From a virus: a DNA stretch of 64,000 nucleotides. Where the stretch lies: IMG/VR virus record IMGVR_UViG_3300009158_000001, positions 32,001-96,000 of that record. One strand, given 5' to 3'. Under the pieces are notes generated by a model that saw only the letters and a program-made list of their open reading frames with translations, did not search any database and was not told the DNA's origin. How positions within the stretch are numbered: position 1 is the stretch's first letter; every line of letters starts with the position of its first letter. The position numbers and the translations under genes are program-made. This document shows positions 22,042 to 31,898 of the stretch, piece by piece.

Positions 22042-24378
22042 CTATTTAGTTCCACCAGTTGTAACAGGAGCCAATACTTTTTCATAGGTTGAACTACCAC
22101 CAGAAGCAATGTCTGGCGATTGCGGTGACTCATCAAAGTATTCTTGGACTTCCGTATACTCAACTAAAGAATCTCCTATCTTTGCATTCTTTGCAGGATC
22201 TATTGCTGCGATAGCTCCTGCCATCTCGCCCATCTTTGCTCCAAAGTTCATGAAAGTTAGATCCCAGTGATCTTTGAAAGTTTCAAGGCTTTTTTCCATC
22301 ATTAACCACCATGAAAGATTAGCACCATATTTAGCTCTAATTTCACTATTTTCCATTAGCTGGTCAATTTCTTTTGTGGCTAAACCCATACCGCCATCCA
22401 TAAAATATTGCTTCATGTACTGTAGTGGAGTTTTATAAATACCACTGCCAAATCCAATATTGATTCCAGCAACCATAGGAACACCTTCTTTCATCAGAGG
22501 AATAATAAAATAAGCTCTACTATCTGCTACAAAGTTCATAACAAAACTTTGGAATTGCGAACCAAATTTTGAAAATGCATAACCGCCAATTCCAATGCTT
22601 GTTATTAGACTAAAAGTAAGACCACCTTTCCAACCAGAACCAGTAAGCAAAGTCCCAATCTTAGGTATGCTTCGAATTAAATTTATACCTGCCAGACCAT
22701 TAGCAGCCAATGCTAGGCCAGCAGCTCCGCCACTAAGTGCCCCTGCAGCAAACCTAAGATCTCCCGTCCAGCTATCGTTATCCCATAGCTTACTTACTAT
22801 ATCCATTTCATATTTAATTTTTTCCACCTGCTGGTCATAACTATTAAATAGTTTTTTAAGTTGTCTTGCTGCAACACTATTGCTTACTAAACCATCTGTG
22901 TCTCCGTATACTGGTCTTTGAGCCATAGCATTACTAGCATATAGTTCTGTTTTCATCCATGCTTCATTGTATAAACCATTATGTAACATATACGGAGTAA
23001 CATCATCATTTACAACAAGAGTGTCTGGGTAAATATGAGTTATAAATCCAGTGTCAGCGCCAAACATGTGATGTACTTCTTCTACTTCAATTGGGCCACA
23101 AATATTACTGTATGTATCGTTTACCATAATTACATCATATGGGCGAATATGTGGATTTCCCATAATCAAAAGAGAACCCTTGTACATCTCTTTGGCTTGT
23201 TTAGCTAATAGAGATCTTGCATATCTCTTAGCCATTGCTTCTCTTTTTATATTAACAAACTGATAATGAGTACTACGTAAGTAAGCAGGAGATAGATCTA
23301 TACATGCATTTCTTGTAACAATATTATCGTCATTCCAACTTACAAAAATATTTGGATTTTCTGTTCCAGCAGAAGATTTGTTGAATGAGTCCGTTGCTAC
23401 ATCATCAGTTATGCTAGTTCCACCAAACTGAACGCTAACTTGAGTAAACCAGCCGTCTGCTGTTGCTTCTATTGTGTTGTTAATAATATCTGTATAGGAG
23501 TTTACATTGTGCCATCTTCTAAAAGGACGAAATCTATTTCTTACAGTTTTGATAAACTTACTTGCTAGATTTGCATTTACAACAAGATTGAATCCTTTGC
23601 CATTTGTTTGCTCTAGCATTTTGTAAACTGATAAAGATATTGATTTACTAGCACCTTCAAGGCTTGGACTTGATCTTATACCTTGTAGAGTAACACCTTT
23701 TTCTCCTGCCATCTGTCTAACATTTTCAGTCTCAGAAAAACTACTATTTGGAACCTCAACATTTCGTTTATCCACAACCTTTGACATCATAGCCATTTCT
23801 AAGAAAAGCCTATTTGCTTCAAAAATACTTGAAGGATCTCCCATAGATTCCCACATGTCCTGATCTGGAAATCCAAAAAACATAGTCATTCTATTTGACC
23901 TATAATATATTCTTGGATGCTTTACATATCCAGGATGTCTATAGGTCATCTCCTCAAATACTTCCCAGATTGTAGAGTAGTAAGTTGTGTATTTAAGATC
24001 TTCAACCGTCCAAGCTTCTGTCCAATGCTGATCACTTGTTATTAATTTTCTAGCTTTTGATGTTGGTCCATCCAAAGCAACAGGAACATTTCCAGGTTCA
24101 GGCGTCGCCGCAGGTGGCGGAGTTGCGCTTTGGCCCGGCACTGGATTAACAGCTAGAGGAGCCGAAGAGGAAGGTGCAGTCGAACCTTCGGCTTTGTATT
24201 CTCCCTCGTACTGGCCACTTGTTGGATTCCATCTCCGTGCTCCTCTGCTCCCATCAGCTCGATAAGGACCGAGAGCAGGATCATCACCTCTTTTCATAAT
24301 CTGCCAACCCATCGTCTCATCTTTTTTTTGCGCTTCAGTTGGTTCGTTTGGTTTTGTTTCTGGTGCTGGTCCTGCCAT
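22042..24378 (-). CDS. Baseplate hub protein, C-terminal portion (gp27/gpD-like), 778 aa
   Basis: STIWEVFEEMTYRHPGY and YKGSLLIMGNPHIRPYDVIMVND...IEVEEVHHMFGADTGFIT match the hub C-terminal signature. Hydrophobic Gly-rich segments lie near the C-terminus. Confidence 0.7.
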   Translation of the reverse strand: MAGPAPETKPNEPTEAQKKDETMGWQIMKRGDDPALGPYRADGSRGARRWNPTSGQYEGEYKAEGSTAPSSSAPLAVNPVPGQSATPPPAATPEPGNVPVALDGPTSKARKLITSDQHWTEAWTVEDLKYTTYYSTIWEVFEEMTYRHPGYVKHPRIYYRSNRMTMFFGFPDQDMWESMGDPSSIFEANRLFLEMAMMSKVVDKRNVEVPNSSFSETENVRQMAGEKGVTLQGIRSSPSLEGASKSISLSVYKMLEQTNGKGFNLVVNANLASKFIKTVRNRFRPFRRWHNVNSYTDIINNTIEATADGWFTQVSVQFGGTSITDDVATDSFNKSSAGTENPNIFVSWNDDNIVTRNACIDLSPAYLRSTHYQFVNIKREAMAKRYARSLLAKQAKEMYKGSLLIMGNPHIRPYDVIMVNDTYSNICGPIEVEEVHHMFGADTGFITHIYPDTLVVNDDVTPYMLHNGLYNEAWMKTELYASNAMAQRPVYGDTDGLVSNSVAARQLKKLFNSYDQQVEKIKYEMDIVSKLWDNDSWTGDLRFAAGALSGGAAGLALAANGLAGINLIRSIPKIGTLLTGSGWKGGLTFSLITSIGIGGYAFSKFGSQFQSFVMNFVADSRAYFIIPLMKEGVPMVAGINIGFGSGIYKTPLQYMKQYFMDGGMGLATKEIDQLMENSEIRAKYGANLSWWLMMEKSLETFKDHWDLTFMNFGAKMGEMAGAIAAIDPAKNAKIGDSLVEYTEVQEYFDESPQSPDIASGGSSTYEKVLAPVTTGGTK

Positions 24379-24512
24379 AATAATCCTTATAGCTCTATAC
24401 TATTAATAATTTAATTATCCTTTAATGATAAAATTCATACTTAAAACTATAATAAAGATTAATTTAAAATTTTATTCTAATTAGTTTACGGGCCTGGTCT
24501 TCTTTAGGAAAT

Positions 24513-27500
24513 CTAAGGCGTACCGGGCGCAGGTGCAGGAGCAGGAGCAGGTGCAGGAGCAGGCGGCATAACTACTTGCTGCTCTAATTGTGCTTGCGCA
24601 GCTGATGTTGCGGCAAACTCATCAAATACTACACCTGGAATATACTCATTGTCATATACTGCAGCACTTTTAAAGTATGCTGCATCATCTGTGACTTGAA
24701 CATTGCCAAATACACCACTTACCCATCTTCCTGCTGAATCTGACCACATCATAATTTGACTTGCATTAGGATTAGGAGCAAAAATATTATCATCTTGGGG
24801 TCCCTCTAAAGGAGATATTCCTTTTTGTCTTGCCGCTGCTGTCATTCCACCAGTTGCATTCCAACCTGCACTATCTGCCATAGTTGAGTCTGACATTCGC
24901 CCAATCCAACCAACGCTGCCTCCTTTTCTTCCACTATTATAAAGAGCTCCTAGATTTACTGTCTCCTTGTATTGTTGCATATGTTTTTCTAAACTTTGGT
25001 CTTCACCAAACATAACAATATCATCAAGTCTTCTTTTGCCAAAATGCACAACCTCACTTGAGAACATTAGACTTGCAAGAGTTGAGAAAGTTGTATCAAA
25101 GCTTAATGGCTCGCTTGCGCTACCCCATTCACTTTTTGCTCCTTTAATTTGAGCAACCAATTCAGCTCCATAGGACTGAGCAGTAATACTCATACGGGAT
25201 GACATTCCTTCCATCTGGACATCTGTAATTTCTCCCAGAAATACTTCTTCTAGTTTATTTGAATCATTACTAAATCCAAGGCAAACTTTTATTTTCAACC
25301 CAGGTGCAATACTAAAGTTATATTCATTTTGTTCAAGAACTGTATCTGCTGTTATAGGATTTCTATCTTCTTGCCCAAAAAGACTTGCTTCGTCAACAGA
25401 AGGTTGCGCTGAAGATGATGCCTTATTAAACTGATTAAAACCACTTAATAGACCGTTAACATCGCTAAAAGTAATAGTACAAATAGCAGCTGGTCTTTTT
25501 CTGCTGTCAGATATGTTTAAAGATTCAATCTTTGAATAGGAAAATACCTCATCAAAAGACAACCATTGCTTTGAGAAGATCTCGTCTTCCTCAAAGAAAA
25601 ATACCTTAACAACAGGAAAAGCTCTTCTTGCTGCTAATTTAGGTCGATTAATACTTTTTAAAGCATTAGCAACTTTTATTTTCATAGGTGTTCTAAATTG
25701 TGCAGTTTGAGCATATGCTCCTGCTCCTCCTGCTGCAAGACTTGTCTGACTACTTCCTGTGTAGTCAAAAACAAGAGGTTCCCAAACTAACATGCCCGCT
25801 TTTATTTTTGCTCTTATTTCATCAATCTTGGCAAGAGTATCGGATGAAGGCATTTTATCATCTTTATTTTTCCCTGTTGCATCTGTTAGATTGTTTCCAT
25901 CTTTATCTGTGCCAAGATTGCCCGCACGAGGTCTTAGAAGTTTTTCGGGCTTGAAACCTGCGGTTACGTCTTCAGTAGCTTCCTGGTTTTGCCTTAGTAG
26001 GAAATTAGATCTAACCATATTTAAGTAATATTCTGTACCAAGCGAATCGTATTGTTGATAACTATAATTCAATACTTTATTACCAAAAATAGGATCTTTT
26101 GGATTTAGCCCACCAGCAAGAGGACTAAGTAAATCAAGATTATCACCAAACATAAGACTTAAATCATTCCAAGAAACAACGTTAGGCGAAGCTATACTTT
26201 CAACACCATCGCCATCAGCTGCGACTGCACCAGCGCTGGCTATTGGTACTCTTGTTTTTCCATCTGATGACATTTTATGCGAGCTTGCGGCATTAAATCT
26301 TGAAAGGTATTCACTGCAAACATTTCTTCGACTACTTGTAAAGGCATTCTCATCTTCTTCAGTTCTGGACATTGCTGTAATATTTGGATTATTAATAGTA
26401 GTAAACGAGGCCCCTTCTGCTTGAAATTTCCTTTGTTTGAAAATTCTTCTTGGGCTTGTCTCTACTGTTGCAAGACCTTGCATTTCTCCTAGGCATTTTT
26501 CAAAATTGACATCTATAAATAGATTTCGAAATTCGCTCATGGAAACCCCAGGAACAAATACTCTATTGTCACCTTCGTAACCTTTACCTAAAGCCTCCCC
26601 TACCTTTTGTCCTGCAACTGGCTTTTGTGTTCCTTCTGGGAGATTATCTGGGTTTACAGCTTCAACAGCTACAACATAATCAGACATATCAGGGCCGACT
26701 TCCTCTCCTCCGAAATAATCAATACCTGGATTAGCTAGATAGAAGTCCGGATCTGTAAAACTTGATCCTCTTAACTTATTAGATAAACCATTAGCGCCAA
26801 GTGCATTCCAATAAGGATGATGAGGTAATTCTAAGTCATCATATGATGGAGCAGTCAAATCTGCAGAAACTTTAGATAATAGTTTCTTGGTCTCTGGGAA
26901 CCAATCGGTATATCTAACAACTCTTTGAATGTCAGAAAATCTTAATACATTATTAAGATATGGAATAGCCAATGCCTCCCAAATATAATCTATAAAGTCT
27001 TGGCCAATTAAAGATGCTTGGCCAGCCTCTACATGTAGTTTCTTAAACAATGGAGTACTTTGTTGAGCTGGTCCAACACCACCAAAAAATCCAGTACTTA
27101 ATTGCTCAACAGTGCCTGAGTCTAAGTCAAAACTATCTGATTCAACTTCAGTAAATAAACCATTAATTCCAGTTACTTCACTTGGAAGTTTATCTTGACT
27201 TAGTCTTCCACCTTTGGGCAATTTGTCTAAGGCTTTTAAGAAATTCTCATATCCATTTGATAAGCTAACGCTGTATAGCGTCATATTGTCAATGTCAATT
27301 ATCTCTTGTTCTTTTTCATATTCAAATTTAAAGGTTTCCTGATATATTAATTTTCCATTTGCTCTACTATCTAAAATATCTTCACCCCAAGGTCTTCTAC
27401 CTTGTTTAGTTTGGTCAAATACATAAAAATAATCATAAAAAGGAGCATGCTGCTCAGTATTTCTTTCGGCCTCAATTCTTTCCATTATGCTAGTAAAACT

Positions 27501-30500
27501 AGTAAAACCCGCCGTACCAGCTATTGCAAGTTTAGTACCTATACGTGCAGCTTTAGCCCATCCACTAGCACTAGCCTGTAAAGCACTCGCATTTTTGCGA
27601 TGCCACCAGTACCGACCTAAAAAGCCCTTTTTTGCTGCTTCTTCTGCAGAAGCACGAAGACCTTCTCTAAGGGCAGCTGATTTTTGATAAGCTTTGACTG
27701 CTTTTGCTGCTCGGGCTTCTTTTACTGCTAGGTTTCCAACTTTTTCAAGTGCGGCGGCACCTTTAACAAGTTTTGCAATTTCTGCAGCGCGAGCCGCACT
27801 ATTTGCAGCCTTGGCGACTAGAATCGGAGTTGCAAGTCCAACAGTTGCGGCTTCAAGAGCATAAAGTCCTATGTAGGTAACAGCCTCTTGAAGAAGAAAA
27901 ACTCCAATTGCTTTTCCTGCATCTGATGTCAGAAACCACTTAAAATCTTTTAATGCTTCTCGAATATCGCCATTAATTGTCTTATTAGCATTGTCATTCT
28001 TGATAATTAAAGATATATCATAGAATCTTCGTATTGCTCTTGTGTTCTGAGCCAAAGCCAAAACATTTCTATGTGCCATAAGATATGGATAAAAGGTTCC
28101 TGGAATATGACAACTTTCACCTAATCCCTCAATTTGTACAAGCCCTGCGGCTGCAGCAGCACCTTCAGCTTGTTTGCTATCAGTTTTAGCAAGCCCAGCT
28201 AGTTGCGTAAGCCATGTACCGTAAGCTCTTTGATAGGATCCTGTTCCATCTTTCCAGTTAATAAAAGCAAATGGACGGAGAACCGTATCTGTTAAATCAT
28301 TATTTAACATTGTTCCTGGACGCTCAAGCATCCAATCCCAAGCAGGAGGGGCAACTCTTCCTAGGAATGGATTACTTTCTATAACAAAACTTACATAGTC
28401 AACAGTAGCGTTTGGAATCAATGAGATATAAGCGTGCTCTGGGTAAGACTTATAATAGAACATCATTGAGCTATCCATATAAGCTGCATCTCTTGCTTTT
28501 GTTGGCTGAAGCCAAGGAGCATACAAATTTGTTATTCGCTTATCAGGAATATATGTAATAAAACCCTCATCAGTGAAAATATATCTCTCTCTTAGTTTGA
28601 TTTGGTCAATGTCCTCTTGGGTAACACCATTAACGCCAACTTCAATAGCGGCTAGTTCTGTGTTTGCATCTTGATAATAACTATCTTTTGGAAATAAATT
28701 ATTTACCATGTTTATATGAGCAAGTACCTCTAAGAGATATTTGTTACTGCTTAAATAGACGTCTGTCTGTTTATTTGCAGGAGTTAAATCAACATTTAAA
28801 GTTAAAATGTATTGCTCTTCATTGTCGATTATAGCCTTTTTTCTTTCAATGTAAGGTAATCCTTTTTTCTTTCTTTCTTGTTGGTAGTTCTGCGCAACAA
28901 CAAGAGTTGCTTCATAAGCGTCCTCTTGCTCTTTTGTTCTAGCAGTACCAGGTGGAAAAAGACCGTCTGGATTATAGTCTGATCCTCCTAGGAATTCTTT
29001 AAGGAAAGATTCTTTAATTTCTTGGTTTCCGACTACTGATTCTTTCTTTAATACTTGCTGTTTTATACTAATATCATTTGCAGTCAAACGCATTTCGCAT
29101 GCATATACATTTGGTTGCTCAGGTACAGCTGCCATCTCAATGCCATTTATAACAAAGTAAACATTTCCAAAAGCATTAATAAAATTATTCTCAACTCTTA
29201 AAGAGTAAGCTTCTGGGATATGTTTAAACATTACCCCTTGCTTCCTTAACGTATCTCTTATTACCTCTAACTGTTTAATAGAATTTAAACCAAATCCTTT
29301 CATTGACAAAAGAAAAGTATCATCTTGGCTTCCAAGAAACTGAGCAGTTGGGGCCATAATTCCCTGAACATTCAACATCTTGAAATTATTACTTGAAGTT
29401 GCAGATATAAAATCACAGATTAAAGGATCTTGCATTTGCCTTGACTCTGCATCATTGCCAGAAACAAGTTCAAGAATATGTTCTCTGTAGAATAAATCAA
29501 AATTTGTCAAGTCACCTTCATACAAGTACCAACCGGCTTGCTCCAAAGTCCGGACCTGAAGCCCATAGAATTCCCAAGGATGTAAATCTCTATTCTTCGT
29601 TATTTCTTCTTCATTTGCTGTTAGATACTCATCGTATGATTCGTATGGTTTATCAGTGTTAGAGTTAGTCAGCTTTCTCCAGTTACTATTTGCGCCATTT
29701 TCTAATGCAAACTTAACAGCTGATTTTATAATGCCTTCAGTATTGCCAGGTTTGCCTTTTAAGTTTTTACCTCTTAAATCATTTAGAAGTTCATAGGTAG
29801 CTTCTTCTTCTGGAAGCCCGTGCCTATTTTCTGGCTTTAATTTATAGTATGCATTAATAATATCTTTTGGAGGTTTTGAAGTTGCATTCTTTAGAAGAGG
29901 AGTAATGTCAATGCGGTCATATAAAGATCCATGCCCAGTATCTTCGCCGCCAAGTTCAACATGCAAGTGAGGACTACTTTCATCAACAGCCGTTCCTCCT
30001 AAAAAAGCACCTATCCACTGTCCTGCTTCTAGTACTGCGCCTGGACCAAAATTTTTCGTCCATGTGTCTATAAATGTTTCAAAAATTGGATTTGTACGGC
30101 TAACCCCTTCAGGAGCCATAGCGGCTAAATGCCAAAATCGAATTTTCTTTCCCCTGAAAGGTCCGTCTAATATTTCGCCTATAATGCTATTGCCTTTAGA
30201 GCCACTAAGACCTTTATGATTTTCGTTAGAAAATCTATATACTTCAAATCTATACTTGTACGCATCGAGCTCCCAAGCAATAGCCTGTGTACTATAAATC
30301 ACTCTTTTCCAAGTCTTTTTTCCTCTGATTACAACTTGTTTCTCTGGAGAATAACCTCCATTATAGATTGCAACATCATAAGCTATTTCAGAAAAGCACG
30401 TATTCTCAGTAATACGTATTTTAAAAGGTGTAAAAATTGGAACTGTAACATCTCTATTATTTGCTGGGTACGAAGGCATAATGTCTATGCCTTTATGGAA

Positions 30501-31898
30501 ATAATAACCGTGATCAGCCAAATTACTGCCATCAGGCTTTTTAGCTATAATTTCCTTACCAGTAAATTCTGTTCGATCAGTCGCATCTCTTATCTCAGCA
30601 AACATACTACTATTTATTGGTACAAAATAATCTCCAAAGAAATTAATTTTACCAGCTCCATCTATAGCATCATTGCCTCCAGATGACGACTTCCCAGCCC
30701 CTAATGTTTCGGATTTTTTTAAAGCATCATTCTCTTCTTGAGTCATATTAGATGGAAATAAAACATTTTTAAATAATCTTAATTTAAAATTCTTAAGTCT
30801 AAGTCGAATTCCATTTCTTATACCTTCTGCGACAACCGGATCAACAGTAATATTTTTAAACTCATTCCATCTTAAATAGACCCGATCTCCAAGATTTTGC
30901 TCAGTAGAGTTATAAGGTGAAATTTGAGTACAATCAAAAACTTCTCCATTGCCTATATTTTTTTGTTTATGCCGGGAATAAAGCCAATCTATATAGGCTT
31001 TATATGGCTCCGACTCTCTTGCAAATTGAGTTCTTTCAGGATTAAGCATAAAGTTAATATCTAACTTATGTAAACTTTCTGCCGTTTGATAGGCAGGATC
31101 AACCATATAGACAGCATCGCCTGGAGGTTCATTGCCTGCAAGTAAGGCAGCATTTATACCCGCGATATAAGTTGAATCATCACGTGTGTTCATAAACCAT
31201 CTTTCTAGGTTGTCTAAGACAAATGCTTTCTTGTTTTCTTCTGTTAGATAAGGATTCCTGTTAGGAAGATTAATTTCATTTACATCTTCAAAGCTTTGTC
31301 CACCTTTACTAATCCAATTTTTTTTGTAATGCCAAAAGTCGCTATAACAAGCATAACTCATTGGAGTAAAAGTTAGTGTTCCTAGGATTGTATCTGGTTC
31401 GCCTGGAGAAGTTGTTAAAGCTAGATTGTGCATGCAAAATACCATATTATGGAAAATAGGTATTTTTAACTTTGTTCTTAGGGTTGCATTCTCAATAACA
31501 GAAAACGGGGTATTTTTAAACTGAAGAATAAGATCTAATATTCCGCCGCGTTTCCCGCTATTATTGCCAGAAGTGTGGTCGTCTCTTGAGTCAATATTTC
31601 TAATTGAACTTTTTCCTGGCAAAGTAAAACTAACAGAAAAGATTTCGTTTGCAATACCAACAGGAAGTTTGTCACTATTTCTTGAGCGAACTGACTGAAC
31701 AGTCATATAGTTATTTTCTTCTGTAGAAGAAATTTTCTCAGGAGGAATAATAAATTGTAAATCATTAATAAAAAATGCATGATTAATATGGGAGTACTCA
31801 GTCCCATAATCACTCCAAGTAACTAAATTACCCTTATCATTTTTAAATGATAACTGTAGAATATCAAAATCTTCTAATTTCCAATTGTCATTAGCCAT
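24513..31898 (-). CDS. Giant tail-tip/hub protein with an M23 metallopeptidase domain, 2461 aa
   Basis: M23 motifs HKGID (30483-30497), FWHL and HLH (29961-29969). The C-terminal region has hub N-terminal character (KIKVCLGFSND...EVFLGEITDV...ITAQSYGAEL). Confidence 0.75.
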   Translation of the reverse strand: MANDNWKLEDFDILQLSFKNDKGNLVTWSDYGTEYSHINHAFFINDLQFIIPPEKISSTEENNYMTVQSVRSRNSDKLPVGIANEIFSVSFTLPGKSSIRNIDSRDDHTSGNNSGKRGGILDLILQFKNTPFSVIENATLRTKLKIPIFHNMVFCMHNLALTTSPGEPDTILGTLTFTPMSYACYSDFWHYKKNWISKGGQSFEDVNEINLPNRNPYLTEENKKAFVLDNLERWFMNTRDDSTYIAGINAALLAGNEPPGDAVYMVDPAYQTAESLHKLDINFMLNPERTQFARESEPYKAYIDWLYSRHKQKNIGNGEVFDCTQISPYNSTEQNLGDRVYLRWNEFKNITVDPVVAEGIRNGIRLRLKNFKLRLFKNVLFPSNMTQEENDALKKSETLGAGKSSSGGNDAIDGAGKINFFGDYFVPINSSMFAEIRDATDRTEFTGKEIIAKKPDGSNLADHGYYFHKGIDIMPSYPANNRDVTVPIFTPFKIRITENTCFSEIAYDVAIYNGGYSPEKQVVIRGKKTWKRVIYSTQAIAWELDAYKYRFEVYRFSNENHKGLSGSKGNSIIGEILDGPFRGKKIRFWHLAAMAPEGVSRTNPIFETFIDTWTKNFGPGAVLEAGQWIGAFLGGTAVDESSPHLHVELGGEDTGHGSLYDRIDITPLLKNATSKPPKDIINAYYKLKPENRHGLPEEEATYELLNDLRGKNLKGKPGNTEGIIKSAVKFALENGANSNWRKLTNSNTDKPYESYDEYLTANEEEITKNRDLHPWEFYGLQVRTLEQAGWYLYEGDLTNFDLFYREHILELVSGNDAESRQMQDPLICDFISATSSNNFKMLNVQGIMAPTAQFLGSQDDTFLLSMKGFGLNSIKQLEVIRDTLRKQGVMFKHIPEAYSLRVENNFINAFGNVYFVINGIEMAAVPEQPNVYACEMRLTANDISIKQQVLKKESVVGNQEIKESFLKEFLGGSDYNPDGLFPPGTARTKEQEDAYEATLVVAQNYQQERKKKGLPYIERKKAIIDNEEQYILTLNVDLTPANKQTDVYLSSNKYLLEVLAHINMVNNLFPKDSYYQDANTELAAIEVGVNGVTQEDIDQIKLRERYIFTDEGFITYIPDKRITNLYAPWLQPTKARDAAYMDSSMMFYYKSYPEHAYISLIPNATVDYVSFVIESNPFLGRVAPPAWDWMLERPGTMLNNDLTDTVLRPFAFINWKDGTGSYQRAYGTWLTQLAGLAKTDSKQAEGAAAAAGLVQIEGLGESCHIPGTFYPYLMAHRNVLALAQNTRAIRRFYDISLIIKNDNANKTINGDIREALKDFKWFLTSDAGKAIGVFLLQEAVTYIGLYALEAATVGLATPILVAKAANSAARAAEIAKLVKGAAALEKVGNLAVKEARAAKAVKAYQKSAALREGLRASAEEAAKKGFLGRYWWHRKNASALQASASGWAKAARIGTKLAIAGTAGFTSFTSIMERIEAERNTEQHAPFYDYFYVFDQTKQGRRPWGEDILDSRANGKLIYQETFKFEYEKEQEIIDIDNMTLYSVSLSNGYENFLKALDKLPKGGRLSQDKLPSEVTGINGLFTEVESDSFDLDSGTVEQLSTGFFGGVGPAQQSTPLFKKLHVEAGQASLIGQDFIDYIWEALAIPYLNNVLRFSDIQRVVRYTDWFPETKKLLSKVSADLTAPSYDDLELPHHPYWNALGANGLSNKLRGSSFTDPDFYLANPGIDYFGGEEVGPDMSDYVVAVEAVNPDNLPEGTQKPVAGQKVGEALGKGYEGDNRVFVPGVSMSEFRNLFIDVNFEKCLGEMQGLATVETSPRRIFKQRKFQAEGASFTTINNPNITAMSRTEEDENAFTSSRRNVCSEYLSRFNAASSHKMSSDGKTRVPIASAGAVAADGDGVESIASPNVVSWNDLSLMFGDNLDLLSPLAGGLNPKDPIFGNKVLNYSYQQYDSLGTEYYLNMVRSNFLLRQNQEATEDVTAGFKPEKLLRPRAGNLGTDKDGNNLTDATGKNKDDKMPSSDTLAKIDEIRAKIKAGMLVWEPLVFDYTGSSQTSLAAGGAGAYAQTAQFRTPMKIKVANALKSINRPKLAARRAFPVVKVFFFEEDEIFSKQWLSFDEVFSYSKIESLNISDSRKRPAAICTITFSDVNGLLSGFNQFNKASSSAQPSVDEASLFGQEDRNPITADTVLEQNEYNFSIAPGLKIKVCLGFSNDSNKLEEVFLGEITDVQMEGMSSRMSITAQSYGAELVAQIKGAKSEWGSASEPLSFDTTFSTLASLMFSSEVVHFGKRRLDDIVMFGEDQSLEKHMQQYKETVNLGALYNSGRKGGSVGWIGRMSDSTMADSAGWNATGGMTAAARQKGISPLEGPQDDNIFAPNPNASQIMMWSDSAGRWVSGVFGNVQVTDDAAYFKSAAVYDNEYIPGVVFDEFAATSAAQAQLEQQVVMPPAPAPAPAPAPAPGTP
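24529..24564. repeat. 6 x 6-bp tandem repeat GCAGG(T/A/C) encoding the (Pro-Ala)6 tail
   Basis: gcaggt gcagga gcagga gcaggt gcagga gcaggc read directly from the sequence. Confidence 0.9.

Noticed and set aside
24379-24512. Intron, tRNA or small ORF in the gap between the hub genes
   Set aside because: It is too short and AT-rich for a group I/II intron, has no cloverleaf, and holds only a 7-codon ORF.
24529-24564. Tandem repeat as a CRISPR array or regulatory repeat
   Set aside because: It is a 6-bp in-frame coding repeat (Pro-Ala) with no spacers. No CRISPR array was seen anywhere in the window.
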